Shown here: in pieces, positions 19,079 to 27,499 of the stretch
Layout: each line of letters starts with the position of its first letter
Position numbering within the stretch: the stretch's first letter is position 1
NCBI GenBank assembly: GCA_002305115.1
Contig: DBQF01000001.1
Span: forward strand, 309,767 to 373,766
Reading direction: 5' to 3'
From: a candidate division WWE3 bacterium UBA1401
GTDB lineage: Bacteria; Patescibacteriota; WWE3; UBA101185; UBA10185
Length of the DNA stretch: 64,000 nt
Notes under the pieces: model-generated
What the model was told of the DNA's origin: nothing
Seen by the model: the letters and a program-made list of their open reading frames with translations, nothing else
Databases searched by the model: none
Translations under genes and position numbers: made by a program

Positions 19079-19684
19079 GTGGCCAGATACACCGGTGCGA
19101 AATGTAGGTTATGTAGAGCTGTGGGCGAAAAGCTTTATTTAAAAGGTACTAAATGTTTAGGTCCTAACTGTACTATTCAGAAAAAACCTCAGGTGCCCGG
19201 TCAGCACGGTACTTCCCGAAGAGGTAGACCTTCCGATTATAAAATCCAACTTCTAGAAAAGCAGAAGGCCAAGCGCGTGTACGGTATCTTGGAAAAACAG
19301 TTTAGAAAATACATAGAACAAGCTTTGGGTTCTAAGGGTGTCACCGGTGATGCACTAATTAAACTTTTGGAAACCAGACTGGATAACGTTGTCTACAGAA
19401 GTGGGTTCGCAGTTTCCCGCGCCCAGGCCAGACAGCTTATTAGAAGCGGTTTCTTTACCGTGAATGAAGCACCGTCAACTATTCCTTCAATGCACGTAAA
19501 GTTGGGTGATGTGATAAAGCCCGTCAGTTTTGAAAAGCTTCAACCCAGAGAAGGCTTTGTTCTTCCGGCCTGGATATCCGCAAATGTAAAGGAAAAAAGT
19601 GTAAAAGTAGAAAACCTTCCTACATTAGACGATGTAAGTGAAAATGTAGATGTATCATTAATTATAGAATTTTATTCCAGATAA
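19079..19684 (+). CDS. rpsD: 30S ribosomal protein S4 (GTG start, zinc-finger type)
   Basis: MARYTGAKCRLCR..KC...NC four-cysteine N-terminus and an S4 domain. Confidence 0.95.
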   Translation: MARYTGAKCRLCRAVGEKLYLKGTKCLGPNCTIQKKPQVPGQHGTSRRGRPSDYKIQLLEKQKAKRVYGILEKQFRKYIEQALGSKGVTGDALIKLLETRLDNVVYRSGFAVSRAQARQLIRSGFFTVNEAPSTIPSMHVKLGDVIKPVSFEKLQPREGFVLPAWISANVKEKSVKVENLPTLDDVSENVDVSLIIEFYSR

Positions 19685-19695
19685 GGAGAACATAA

Positions 19696-20619
19696 ATGAT
19701 TGTGAATCCATCAGATCTAAAAATTCAAACTACATCAGAAAAAAATAATGTAGGAGAATTTACTTTCGAGCCGTTACCCACCGGGTTTGGTAATACTCTG
19801 GGTAATGCGCTAAGACGAGTCCTATTAACTTCCATAAAAGGTGCCGCCGCGACTCAACTTAAGCTTTCCGGTGCCGATCATCAGTTTACTACTATTCCTG
19901 GTGTTAAAGAGGATGTAGTTGAACTTACGCTTAATCTTAAGAGTATCAAGTTCAAGAGTCATTCCGAGAATCCGGTTGTAGTTACAATTAATAAAACTGG
20001 TCCTGGAGAGGTTACTGCGGGCGACATTCAGTGTCCTTCCGATGTAGAAGTTGTAAATAAAGATTTATATCTTGCCACATTAGCCGATAGTAAGGCCAAG
20101 CTCGAGGCGGAGCTTGTAGTTGAAGCAGGTTATGGTTATTCCCCTTCTGAAGAAAGAGAAACGTCCAGAGTAGGTGTTATTTTGCTTGATGCTCTTTTTT
20201 CACCTATTTTAAGTGCTAATTATGCAGTAGAGTCTACAAGGTTTGGTTCAGTAACTAACCTTGACAAACTAGTTTTAACTGTAGAAACAGACGGTAGCGT
20301 ATCACCCTCTAACAGTGTACTTGAGGCCTCAGAATTACTTAGAACCTATTTCGAAAGAATTGACCAGTGGGAAGATGGTGTTGTTGAAGAAGAGGAAGTA
20401 GAGGAATCGGAGGAAGAAGAAGCTTCAGCTAATGAGGATATTATGGTCGATGAGTTACCCTTACCTACCAGAACCATAAATGCTTTAAAGAAGAGCGGTA
20501 TTGAAACGTTGAAGCAATTGGCTAACAAAAACCCGGAAGACTTGGCCGATATCAAAAACTTAGGTGAAAAGTCTGTAGATGAAATTGAAAAATTACTCAA
20601 AAAGGAAGGTCTTAGATAA
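19696..20619 (+). CDS. rpoA: DNA-directed RNA polymerase subunit alpha
   Basis: 307 aa with an NTD (..FEPL..GFG.TLGNALRRVLL), an acidic linker and a CTD helix-hairpin-helix (LPTRTINALKKSGIETLKQL). Confidence 0.96.
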   Translation: MIVNPSDLKIQTTSEKNNVGEFTFEPLPTGFGNTLGNALRRVLLTSIKGAAATQLKLSGADHQFTTIPGVKEDVVELTLNLKSIKFKSHSENPVVVTINKTGPGEVTAGDIQCPSDVEVVNKDLYLATLADSKAKLEAELVVEAGYGYSPSEERETSRVGVILLDALFSPILSANYAVESTRFGSVTNLDKLVLTVETDGSVSPSNSVLEASELLRTYFERIDQWEDGVVEEEEVEESEEEEASANEDIMVDELPLPTRTINALKKSGIETLKQLANKNPEDLADIKNLGEKSVDEIEKLLKKEGLR

Positions 20620-20621
20620 TA

Positions 20622-20996
20622 ATGAGGCACAATGTAGCAGTAAAGAAATTAAATAGAGATACTCCTCATAGAAAAGCGATGCTAAGAAATCTTTCCGACT
20701 CGCTAATCTTGCAAGAGAGTATTACTACTACATTGGCTCGAGCTAAAGCTTTGAGGCCTTATGTTGAAAAAGTAGTAACTAAGGCTAAGAACAATAAAAC
20801 ATATGTTTCACAGAATAGGCTTGCTGCAAAATTGGCTACCCCTGAGGCGGCAAGAAAGCTGTTTGAGGATATTGCTGGAAGATTTGCCAAAAGAGAAGGT
20901 GGCTATACAAGAATAGTTAAGTTGCCACGCCGAGACGGTGATAAAGCTCCTATGGCTAGGATAGAATTTGTTGAGGAAAAGAAAAATGAACAGTAA
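20622..20996 (+). CDS. rplQ: 50S ribosomal protein L17
   Basis: MRH....KKLNR.T.HRKAMLRNL L17 signature. Confidence 0.95.
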   Translation: MRHNVAVKKLNRDTPHRKAMLRNLSDSLILQESITTTLARAKALRPYVEKVVTKAKNNKTYVSQNRLAAKLATPEAARKLFEDIAGRFAKREGGYTRIVKLPRRDGDKAPMARIEFVEEKKNEQ

Positions 20997-21408
20997 TACA
21001 TATGTACCGGATACAAGAAACATAAATAGAGAGTGGAGTTTTATTGATGCTAACGATAGAGTACTTGGAGATGTAGCTTCTGAAATAGCTACTAAGCTGA
21101 TTGGTAAACACAGACCAGATTATGTACCTAATGCAAATATGGGGGATAAAGTGGTAGTTACTAATGCTGATAAAGTAGCTGTGACTGGTAAAAAAATGCG
21201 TAATAAGGTGTATTATCGTCACACCGGTTATCCGGGGGGTATTCGCTCAGAAACTTTGGGTCACCTTTTTCAGAGGGATGCCAGACAGGTTATTAGAAGA
21301 GCAGTTAAGGGTATGCTTCCAAGAAATAAATTGTTAAAACAAAGAATGGCTAATTTATACATTTATGAAGGTGCCGAACACCCTCATAAAGCGCAGGAAA
21401 CCAAATAA
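20986..21408 (+). CDS. rplM: 50S ribosomal protein L13
   Basis: ..REWSFIDANDRVLG..AS.IA..L.GKH.P.Y.P L13 signature. I prefer the ATG at 20986 over the ORF-track start at 20968. Confidence 0.94.
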   Translation: MNSNTYVPDTRNINREWSFIDANDRVLGDVASEIATKLIGKHRPDYVPNANMGDKVVVTNADKVAVTGKKMRNKVYYRHTGYPGGIRSETLGHLFQRDARQVIRRAVKGMLPRNKLLKQRMANLYIYEGAEHPHKAQETK

Positions 21409-21410
21409 TT

Positions 21411-21815
21411 ATGCAAAAGAAAAATCTTATTACAGGAACAGGTAGAAGAAAGACAGCTGTAGCTCGTATATTTTTACACGAGGGAGCTGGCGATATCATT
21501 ATTAATGATAAACCAATTAACGATTACTTCCCTTCGGAGAAAGAGATCCTTGCTTGGCAGAAGCCCTTTCACCTAATAGGTGTCTCACACCCGGATTCCA
21601 AGTACAATGCTACTATCAAAGTTTCTGGCTCCGGTAAATCAGCCCAACTTGATGCCGTTGTGCATGGTGTTTCCAGAGCTTTGGCTGATCTTAGTGAAGA
21701 AAACGAAAAGATTCTTAAGAAAAACGGTATGTTAACCCGAGATCCCAGAATGGTTGAGCGCAAGAAGTACTATCTCAGAAAAGCTAGAAAAGCACCTCAG
21801 TACTCTAAGCGTTAA
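21411..21815 (+). CDS. rpsI: 30S ribosomal protein S9
   Basis: 134 aa ending ..RKARKAPQYSKR, the typical S9 C-terminus. Confidence 0.96.
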   Translation: MQKKNLITGTGRRKTAVARIFLHEGAGDIIINDKPINDYFPSEKEILAWQKPFHLIGVSHPDSKYNATIKVSGSGKSAQLDAVVHGVSRALADLSEENEKILKKNGMLTRDPRMVERKKYYLRKARKAPQYSKR

Positions 21816-21818
21816 GGT

Positions 21819-22028
21819 TTAATCCATTAAATCATCTAATAAGCTTGAGATCTCTACATTATATGTGTCTGCTATTCTTTCAAGAACTTTAAGTGGTGGC
21901 GCTATTCTGCCTGTCTCATAGGCAGAAATTGTTTTCCCAGATAAACCCACTTTTTTGCCAAAACTGTGTTGAGATAAATTTTTGTGTTTTCTTAATTTTT
22001 TAATGCCTGCAGGTATGGGGTTTTGCAT
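21819..22028 (-). CDS. XRE-family helix-turn-helix transcriptional regulator (69 aa)
   Basis: ..LRKHKNLSQHSFGKKVGLSGKTISAYETGRIAP.. is a typical Cro/C1-type HTH. Confidence 0.85.
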   Translation of the reverse strand: MQNPIPAGIKKLRKHKNLSQHSFGKKVGLSGKTISAYETGRIAPPLKVLERIADTYNVEISSLLDDLMD

Positions 22029-22031
22029 AAA

Positions 22032-22077
22032 ATTCTAGCTAGACTAGAATATACATTATTGCAATTGGCATTGCAAT
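22032..22077. promoter_or_regulatory. Operator-like palindromes in the XRE/RadC divergent spacer
   Basis: ATTCTAG-ctaga-CTAGAAT lies at 22032-22050. Two copies of the self-complementary octamer ATTGCAAT lie at 22058-22065 and 22070-22077. Confidence 0.35.
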
Positions 22078-22124
22078 ATATTATAGTGCTACCAATGCTT
22101 ACAGCTAAGGCTACTATCACTAAT

Positions 22125-22811
22125 ATGACCTCCGAAAACAGGCCCAGGGAGAGGCTGAAAACAGTAGGCACATCTGCCCTTTCGGATGCCGAGCTTGTTG
22201 CTATTATTTTGCGCTCTGGCGGAGGCGGCCTATCTGCCCTTGGTCTTGCTAATGACCTCATTAGCAAGTTCGGGGGCATAAGGGGGTTATTAGCTGCCGA
22301 TATCCATCAGCTTCTTGCTGTAAGGCACATGGGTTTGGCTAAGGCCTGCTCTATAAAAGCAGTGAGCGAGCTTTGCCAGAGATCACATAGGGTATTGGAT
22401 GAATCAACAAAGGTTTATGTCCGTAATCCGGAAGATGTGTACAGTTTGTTAAGGCCCTTTTTATTTGCCAAGAAACAAGAGTGCTTGTATGTACTCTGTC
22501 TTGATAGTCACAAAAGACTGATTGCTAAAGAACTTGTTTCTGTAGGAAGTCTTACAGAAACTGTTGTAAGTGCGCGCGATATCTTTGCCAGGGCTATACA
22601 CAAGAACAGTGTGTCAATTATTTTGGCCCACAACCATCCTTCTGGTGAACCCACACCAAGTGATCAAGATATTGCTGTTACCAAAAGAATCTTGAAAGCA
22701 GGTACTATTTTGGGTATTCCGCTTATTGACCATGTAATTATCTGCGACAATGAATTTGTAAGTCTGAAAGTAGCTAATTTGTTGATTTCGGGAGGAGGTG
22801 AGCATTTTTGA
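22125..22811 (+). CDS. radC: RadC-like JAB-domain protein (UPF0758)
   Basis: N-terminal ..RPRERL...G...LSDAELVAIILRSG.. and the C-terminal JAMM motif HNHPSGEPTPSDQD. I prefer the ATG at 22125 over the ORF-track start at 22023. Confidence 0.85.
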   Translation: MTSENRPRERLKTVGTSALSDAELVAIILRSGGGGLSALGLANDLISKFGGIRGLLAADIHQLLAVRHMGLAKACSIKAVSELCQRSHRVLDESTKVYVRNPEDVYSLLRPFLFAKKQECLYVLCLDSHKRLIAKELVSVGSLTETVVSARDIFARAIHKNSVSIILAHNHPSGEPTPSDQDIAVTKRILKAGTILGIPLIDHVIICDNEFVSLKVANLLISGGGEHF

Positions 22812-23386
22812 CTAGACCTTTGAAAGTTTATTTCTCGCTGTTTTTATTAGTACTTTTGGTTGGAGGTGTAACTGTCGCCGCATTTACAGATAAAGCATCT
22901 ATTTTGGGAAGCTCATTTAGAGTGGGTAGTTCAGACATCAAGCTACTAGACATAATAGGAGGTGGCATAGATGTTTCCAACTTAGTAGATGAGAAGGCTG
23001 GCCCGGTTTTTGAGCAGATAAGCCCTGATTGGCAGGAGGATTATCTTGTACAGATTTATAACAATTCGCCAGCAAGTGTACTGCTTTCATCTAACGCAAA
23101 TTATGAAACCGCTAGTGACCCGGAGGAGTTAAGGCAACTTATTTTTGTTGAGCCTTTTGTGTGGGAGGATGCTAATGAAAATGGATTGGCGGAAGAGGGT
23201 GAATATGATCAATCGCTTGGTAGAAAAACTATTGTGAAGTGGAAGACCGAAGGGTTTGATTTCGGAGAATTACCCAGCGGTGCAGTTGTAGGGTTTTTAT
23301 TAAGATTTTCTACAGATAGTGTTCCGGAGTCTAAGCAGGGAGCAACCGGAGTGTTCGATTTTGAGTTCGATGCTATTGGGCTTTAA
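22808..23386 (+). CDS. Secreted TasA/camelysin-like protein with a SipW-type signal peptide (TTG start overlapping the radC stop)
   Basis: The N-terminus MTRPLKVYFSLFLLVLLVGGVTVAAFTDKASILG has a basic n-region, a hydrophobic core and an A-A-F-T-D box like TasA/TapA/camelysin. It ends ..GATGVFDFEFDAIGL. GGAGGAGG lies 8-9 nt upstream of the TTG. A SipW-type peptidase gene follows. Confidence 0.65.
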   Translation: MTRPLKVYFSLFLLVLLVGGVTVAAFTDKASILGSSFRVGSSDIKLLDIIGGGIDVSNLVDEKAGPVFEQISPDWQEDYLVQIYNNSPASVLLSSNANYETASDPEELRQLIFVEPFVWEDANENGLAEEGEYDQSLGRKTIVKWKTEGFDFGELPSGAVVGFLLRFSTDSVPESKQGATGVFDFEFDAIGL

Positions 23387-23862
23387 TGAGGTGTTGGGGG
23401 CGCCGGATGGCGCCCCTTTTACTTATGAAGTTACTTATAGTTATCTTATGTATCTATATAGCCATAAAGCTTTTGGATGTAGGCTTGTTTGTGGTAGGTA
23501 CTAATTCCATGGCACCGCAGATACCCCAAGGCAGTATTGTAGCTGTAGCCCCAGCAACAATTGTTGAAAAAGGTGATGTTATTACTTACAGATACAAAAA
23601 TAATCCTGCGCATCTAGTGACTCACAGGGTTATAGCTGTCAGACAGGCTGGTAAAGCTAATCTGTATACTACAAAGGGTGATAATAACTACTACAATGAC
23701 GCAGTACCTGTTAGCGCCCACGAAGTTGTCGGCAAAGTAATTTTTCCAATACCTTTTTTAGGCAATATTTACGAATTGATGCTTAATCCAATAATGCTGA
23801 TCTTGTTTTTTTATATTCCGATGGGTTATCTGGCCGGCAAGCTTATTAACGGTATAGACTAA
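23386..23862 (+). CDS. sipW: Signal peptidase I, SipW/archaeal-ER type (copy 1); the real start may be the ATG at 23425, downstream of the hairpin
   Basis: S26 motifs of the Ser-His type: GTNSMAPQI, LVTHRVIA and KGDNNYYND. It has an N-terminal TM and a C-terminal TM. Confidence 0.8.
   Translation: MRCWGRRMAPLLLMKLLIVILCIYIAIKLLDVGLFVVGTNSMAPQIPQGSIVAVAPATIVEKGDVITYRYKNNPAHLVTHRVIAVRQAGKANLYTTKGDNNYYNDAVPVSAHEVVGKVIFPIPFLGNIYELMLNPIMLILFFYIPMGYLAGKLINGID
23397..23420 (+). terminator. Strong GC hairpin plus T-run (GGGGCGCC-ggat-GGCGCCCC-TTTT) right after the TasA-like gene stop
   Basis: 8-bp perfect stem: 23397-23404 pairs with 23409-23416, followed by TTTT at 23417-23420. It lies inside the first 35 nt of the longest sipW ORF. 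Confidence 0.55.
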
Positions 23863-24668
23863 GCAGCTTTTCCTAGCCCTGTCGAGTTTACTGCCTTTAA
23901 CACTGGTATGTCTGCCCAATCATCTGTTTCTACTGTGCCTTTTTGCATTCCGCGTATGCCATTACCGTCACCATCCTGTCTCCATTCAGTAATCACGTAA
24001 AAGGGATTTTCGGTACTATCTCTGCCCACTAGCCCTACGTGATCTCTAGTTTTTACGCTGGTATATCTGGTGTTGAGTCCCCTACCCAATTCTATTTCTT
24101 CGTAAATTCTTACTTGTCTATCCAGAGTTCTGTAAATAGAACTGGGATTTTTCATATCATTTTCAATCCATACGGGTATTTCAGCTGGCTGATCTAAGAC
24201 TCTGTAATCTGCCGTTTGCTTTAGGTACGGGGCCTCCTCAGAATTTGCATTTATAAATGTTGTTAAGGTTCCCTCTCTGGTTTCAACTTCTATACTCATT
24301 CTTTCATCACCCGAAATAATAGTTTCCCTTCTGCCCCCCTCCCATGTCTCAGTGTAAACTTGCTCTGTTACAGGTGCTATCTCTACCATTCCTTCGCCTT
24401 CTCTATACTCATAACGTGGAGCTTTTCTTGATGATAAATCAATAGCATAATCTGTCTCGTTACTTCGATTGCCAAACATTATTTCCATTTTATCTGGATT
24501 AATTACTTGTCTTGTTTCTGGAGTTGCGATTTTGTCACATACTTGTAGCAAATCTTCCCTTACGTTGGCGCTGGCCGCGCCTAAAAATTCCATTTGTTCT
24601 TGAGTAACTTGTGGCTCACTACTTTTTTGTAATTCATCTGGAATTTGACTATTTAGTTCATCTGACAT
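23859..24668 (-). CDS. Hypothetical protein (269 aa, acidic, no signal peptide)
   Basis: Long ORF convergent with sipW copy 1. No family recognised. Confidence 0.6.
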   Translation of the reverse strand: MSDELNSQIPDELQKSSEPQVTQEQMEFLGAASANVREDLLQVCDKIATPETRQVINPDKMEIMFGNRSNETDYAIDLSSRKAPRYEYREGEGMVEIAPVTEQVYTETWEGGRRETIISGDERMSIEVETREGTLTTFINANSEEAPYLKQTADYRVLDQPAEIPVWIENDMKNPSSIYRTLDRQVRIYEEIELGRGLNTRYTSVKTRDHVGLVGRDSTENPFYVITEWRQDGDGNGIRGMQKGTVETDDWADIPVLKAVNSTGLGKAA

Positions 24669-24769
24669 AAGAGAATCCCCTTTAAAATAAATGCAATTTC
24701 AATGTATAGTGTAAAGATTTAGAAATGCTAATTCAAGTATTTGTTATGTGAATATGCTATTCTAAAGTT

Positions 24770-27340
24770 ATGCTAAACCTGCCATACCACTTAGCAGAAC
24801 CGTTATACTGGTGGGCTGTTAAGGCTCCCAGAAAGATACACACCCTCTGCAGAAGACTAATTAGAATCTCTAACAATGAATTAGGTTTTGGTCTAAACCT
24901 GCGTTTGCTCTTTGTCCCACTTTTTAATGATTACACTAAAGCGGGTAGGATAATTGGTTTCATAATAAGAGTAGTCCAGTTTATCTTTGGCGGAGTTTTT
25001 TTGCTGATTTTAGTGCTATTAAGCTTGTTGCTACCTATCTTGTGGTGGCTTGCTCCTTTTATTATCACGTATTACTGGGCACTCTGGATTATTCCCATTA
25101 CCCTATTTGTATTGGGTGCGCACGTACTGTTTATTTGTAAATTTCCCCGCAAGAGAGTTACCGAAGTAACCGAAGCTAATCTTGAGCTCGCTTTTAGGAA
25201 GGAAGCGCTTCATTTCCTTAACCTATTCAGAAGAGATAACGTAACTGCCTTTGTGCCTCTGTTTTCACAGCCTCAGATAAAGTATTTGCTCCAAAAGGCA
25301 GAACTTCCGGATATGGTGTTGCTAGAGAAAGTAACTACAAATGTTTATTTAAACATAGCAGGGCTAGCAGATAAGGCATTAGATTATGCTAGAAATCACG
25401 ATTGTAGATATGTCGAGTTGGAACATGTTTTTGTAGCCTCGCTTTCCTGTATAGATAGTATCGATAATATGCTTACAACGCTTAATTCCTCATTAACTAT
25501 TTGTGAAGATGCCGCTAGGTGGATCGTTAGTGATAGGGAAGCCTTGGCTAAAATCTATTTTTGGCAGGATGATTACGAAGTTCCCCTTATGGGCGGTATT
25601 GGCAGAGGTATGACCAACAGGGTAACACCCTTTTTAGACTCAATTTCGGAAGATTACACCAAGATGGCTCAGAAGGGTTATTTGAAGAAAGTAGTTGGTC
25701 ACTCTGCTGTAGTAGAAGAGGTAGCTAATATCTTAAGTGGTTCTAAAGATGATGTCCTTATTATTGGACCCCCCGGGTCAGGTAAAACTTCCATAGTTAA
25801 AGGTATAGCTATCAGGGTTATTAAAGGTACCAAATATAAGTCTTTGCAAAATAAGCGCATTATTAAAATTGATGCAGGCTCTTTGATTGCCGGAGCAAAC
25901 AACCCCGGGCAAGTGGCTGAAGTTGTGAAAAAGATGATGGACGAAATAACTGGTTCAAATGACATTATTTTATTTATTGATGAAATTCATGAATTGGTGG
26001 CAAGCTTTTCGGGTGAATCGGCGGAAGTGGCTAGTATGTACTCTATTCTAGAGCCATATATTGCTAGTGAAGGTATTAAGATTGTTGGCGCCACTAACTT
26101 GGAAAATTACAGAAAATATATTGAACCGCATGGCGCTTTTGCCAGGTTGTTTCATATAGTGGAAATTCCACAGACGCCGCGAGAAGAAACGGTAGAAATA
26201 CTGAGGTTGTTGGCGAAAGATATAGAAAAGGAGCAACATGTTTTCATTACAGTTCCTGCCCTCTATAAAATACTGGATCTTTCAGACAAGCTTATTCACG
26301 ATAGAGTACATCCGGATAAAGGTATAGATATTTTAAATAGGTCTGTTGCATCGATTGTTGGCAAGACTAATGTAGTAACTACCGAAGTTATTGCGCAGAC
26401 AATTTCCAAGTTAACCAATGTACCTGTTACTTCAGTCTCTCAGGATGAATCACATAAGCTTATAAATATTGAAGCTGAGCTTAAGACCAGGGTAATTGGT
26501 CAGGACCACGCTATAGATGAGATCGGAAAAGCTCTAAAACGTGCACGTATGGGCATACGTAATGAAAAGAAGCCTATTGCCAGTTTTATGTTTATTGGAA
26601 CTACCGGTATTGGGAAAACAGAAACTGCCAAGGCTTTGGCAGATATCTATTTTGGAGACGAAGATGCCATGATTAGGCTAGATATGTCTGAATATCAGCA
26701 GCTTGATAGTATGGATAGGTTAATTGGTGCACCTGATGGTAGTAATAAGGGTGTATTAACAGAAGCTGTAAGAACTTCGCCATTTTCTTTAATTTTGCTG
26801 GATGAACTGGAAAAGGCCTCTTACAATGTGCTACTTACATTTTTACAGGTTTTGGATGATGGCAGGTTATCGGATGCCACCGGGAAGACGTATGATTTCA
26901 CTAATACGATAATTATTGCCACGAGCAATGTTGGAACTAGAGAAATTCAGGAAGTTGCTAGCCGCGGTGGTGATACTGAAGAGATGAAAACTAAGGCGCT
27001 GTCTAAAGTAAAAGAGCATTTTGCTCCTGAGTTTTTAAACAGGTTTAATGGCCTAATAGTATTCAATCCGCTGAGTATGGATAATGTTAGGGTGATTGCG
27101 CAGTTGATATTACAGCGGGTGGTAAAGATGGCAGATTCTAAGGGGATTAAGGTGAGTTTTAAGCCGGAACTGGTGGAGGAGCTGGCTAGAAGAGGTTATT
27201 CGCCTGAATGGGGTGCTAGGCCTTTGGCTCGTGTAGTTGAGGAATATGTTGAAACATATTTGGCAGTCAAGCTTTTGGCGAATGAGCTTGTGCGGGGGGA
27301 TAGTGTGGAGCTTGGGCTTGAGGTGTTCGAGGAGCCGTAG
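24770..27340 (+). CDS. Clp/Hsp100-family AAA+ ATPase with two ATPase modules and an N-terminal membrane domain
   Basis: D1 has GPPGSGKTS and LFIDEIHEL. D2 has GTTGIGKTETAKALA and LILLDELEKA. Residues ~60-125 form very hydrophobic segments (..IIGFIIRVVQFIFGGVFLLILVLLSLLLPILWWLAPFIITYYWALWIIPITLFVLGAHVLFI..). Confidence 0.9.
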   Translation: MLNLPYHLAEPLYWWAVKAPRKIHTLCRRLIRISNNELGFGLNLRLLFVPLFNDYTKAGRIIGFIIRVVQFIFGGVFLLILVLLSLLLPILWWLAPFIITYYWALWIIPITLFVLGAHVLFICKFPRKRVTEVTEANLELAFRKEALHFLNLFRRDNVTAFVPLFSQPQIKYLLQKAELPDMVLLEKVTTNVYLNIAGLADKALDYARNHDCRYVELEHVFVASLSCIDSIDNMLTTLNSSLTICEDAARWIVSDREALAKIYFWQDDYEVPLMGGIGRGMTNRVTPFLDSISEDYTKMAQKGYLKKVVGHSAVVEEVANILSGSKDDVLIIGPPGSGKTSIVKGIAIRVIKGTKYKSLQNKRIIKIDAGSLIAGANNPGQVAEVVKKMMDEITGSNDIILFIDEIHELVASFSGESAEVASMYSILEPYIASEGIKIVGATNLENYRKYIEPHGAFARLFHIVEIPQTPREETVEILRLLAKDIEKEQHVFITVPALYKILDLSDKLIHDRVHPDKGIDILNRSVASIVGKTNVVTTEVIAQTISKLTNVPVTSVSQDESHKLINIEAELKTRVIGQDHAIDEIGKALKRARMGIRNEKKPIASFMFIGTTGIGKTETAKALADIYFGDEDAMIRLDMSEYQQLDSMDRLIGAPDGSNKGVLTEAVRTSPFSLILLDELEKASYNVLLTFLQVLDDGRLSDATGKTYDFTNTIIIATSNVGTREIQEVASRGGDTEEMKTKALSKVKEHFAPEFLNRFNGLIVFNPLSMDNVRVIAQLILQRVVKMADSKGIKVSFKPELVEELARRGYSPEWGARPLARVVEEYVETYLAVKLLANELVRGDSVELGLEVFEEP

Positions 27341-27345
27341 GGGCA

Positions 27346-27368
27346 ACTTCTAACTTCTAACTTCTAAC
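27346..27368. repeat. Tandem heptamer (ACTTCTA x3, plus AC) just after the clp stop; an inverted 9-mer copy GTTAGAAGT lies at 27825-27833
   Basis: Read directly in the sequence. The inverted copy abuts the stop codon of the minus-strand gene ending at 27833. Confidence 0.8.
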
Positions 27369-27499
27369 ATACACTTTACTTGCTTGTCCAAAAATCCCAT
27401 AATGTTACTGGTCGAGTTCCGGCCCTCCCCATACCCCATAGCGTAAAATAGGTTTCTTTGATAAAATACACCTAATACTATTCTAGAGGGAGGCAAATC

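Noticed and set aside
20346-20460. Glu-rich insertion in RpoA (..EEEEVEESEEEEASANED..) and the extra ~11 residues in S12 relative to E. coli.
   Set aside because: The acidic segment lies in the flexible NTD-CTD linker, which varies among bacteria. The S12 insertion matches the Firmicute-type S12 as I recall it. Neither looks unusual enough to report.
27346-27368. ACTTCTA tandem repeat as a possible CRISPR array or minisatellite.
   Set aside because: There are only three 7-nt units with no spacers, and no cas genes in the window. It is recorded simply as a short tandem repeat.
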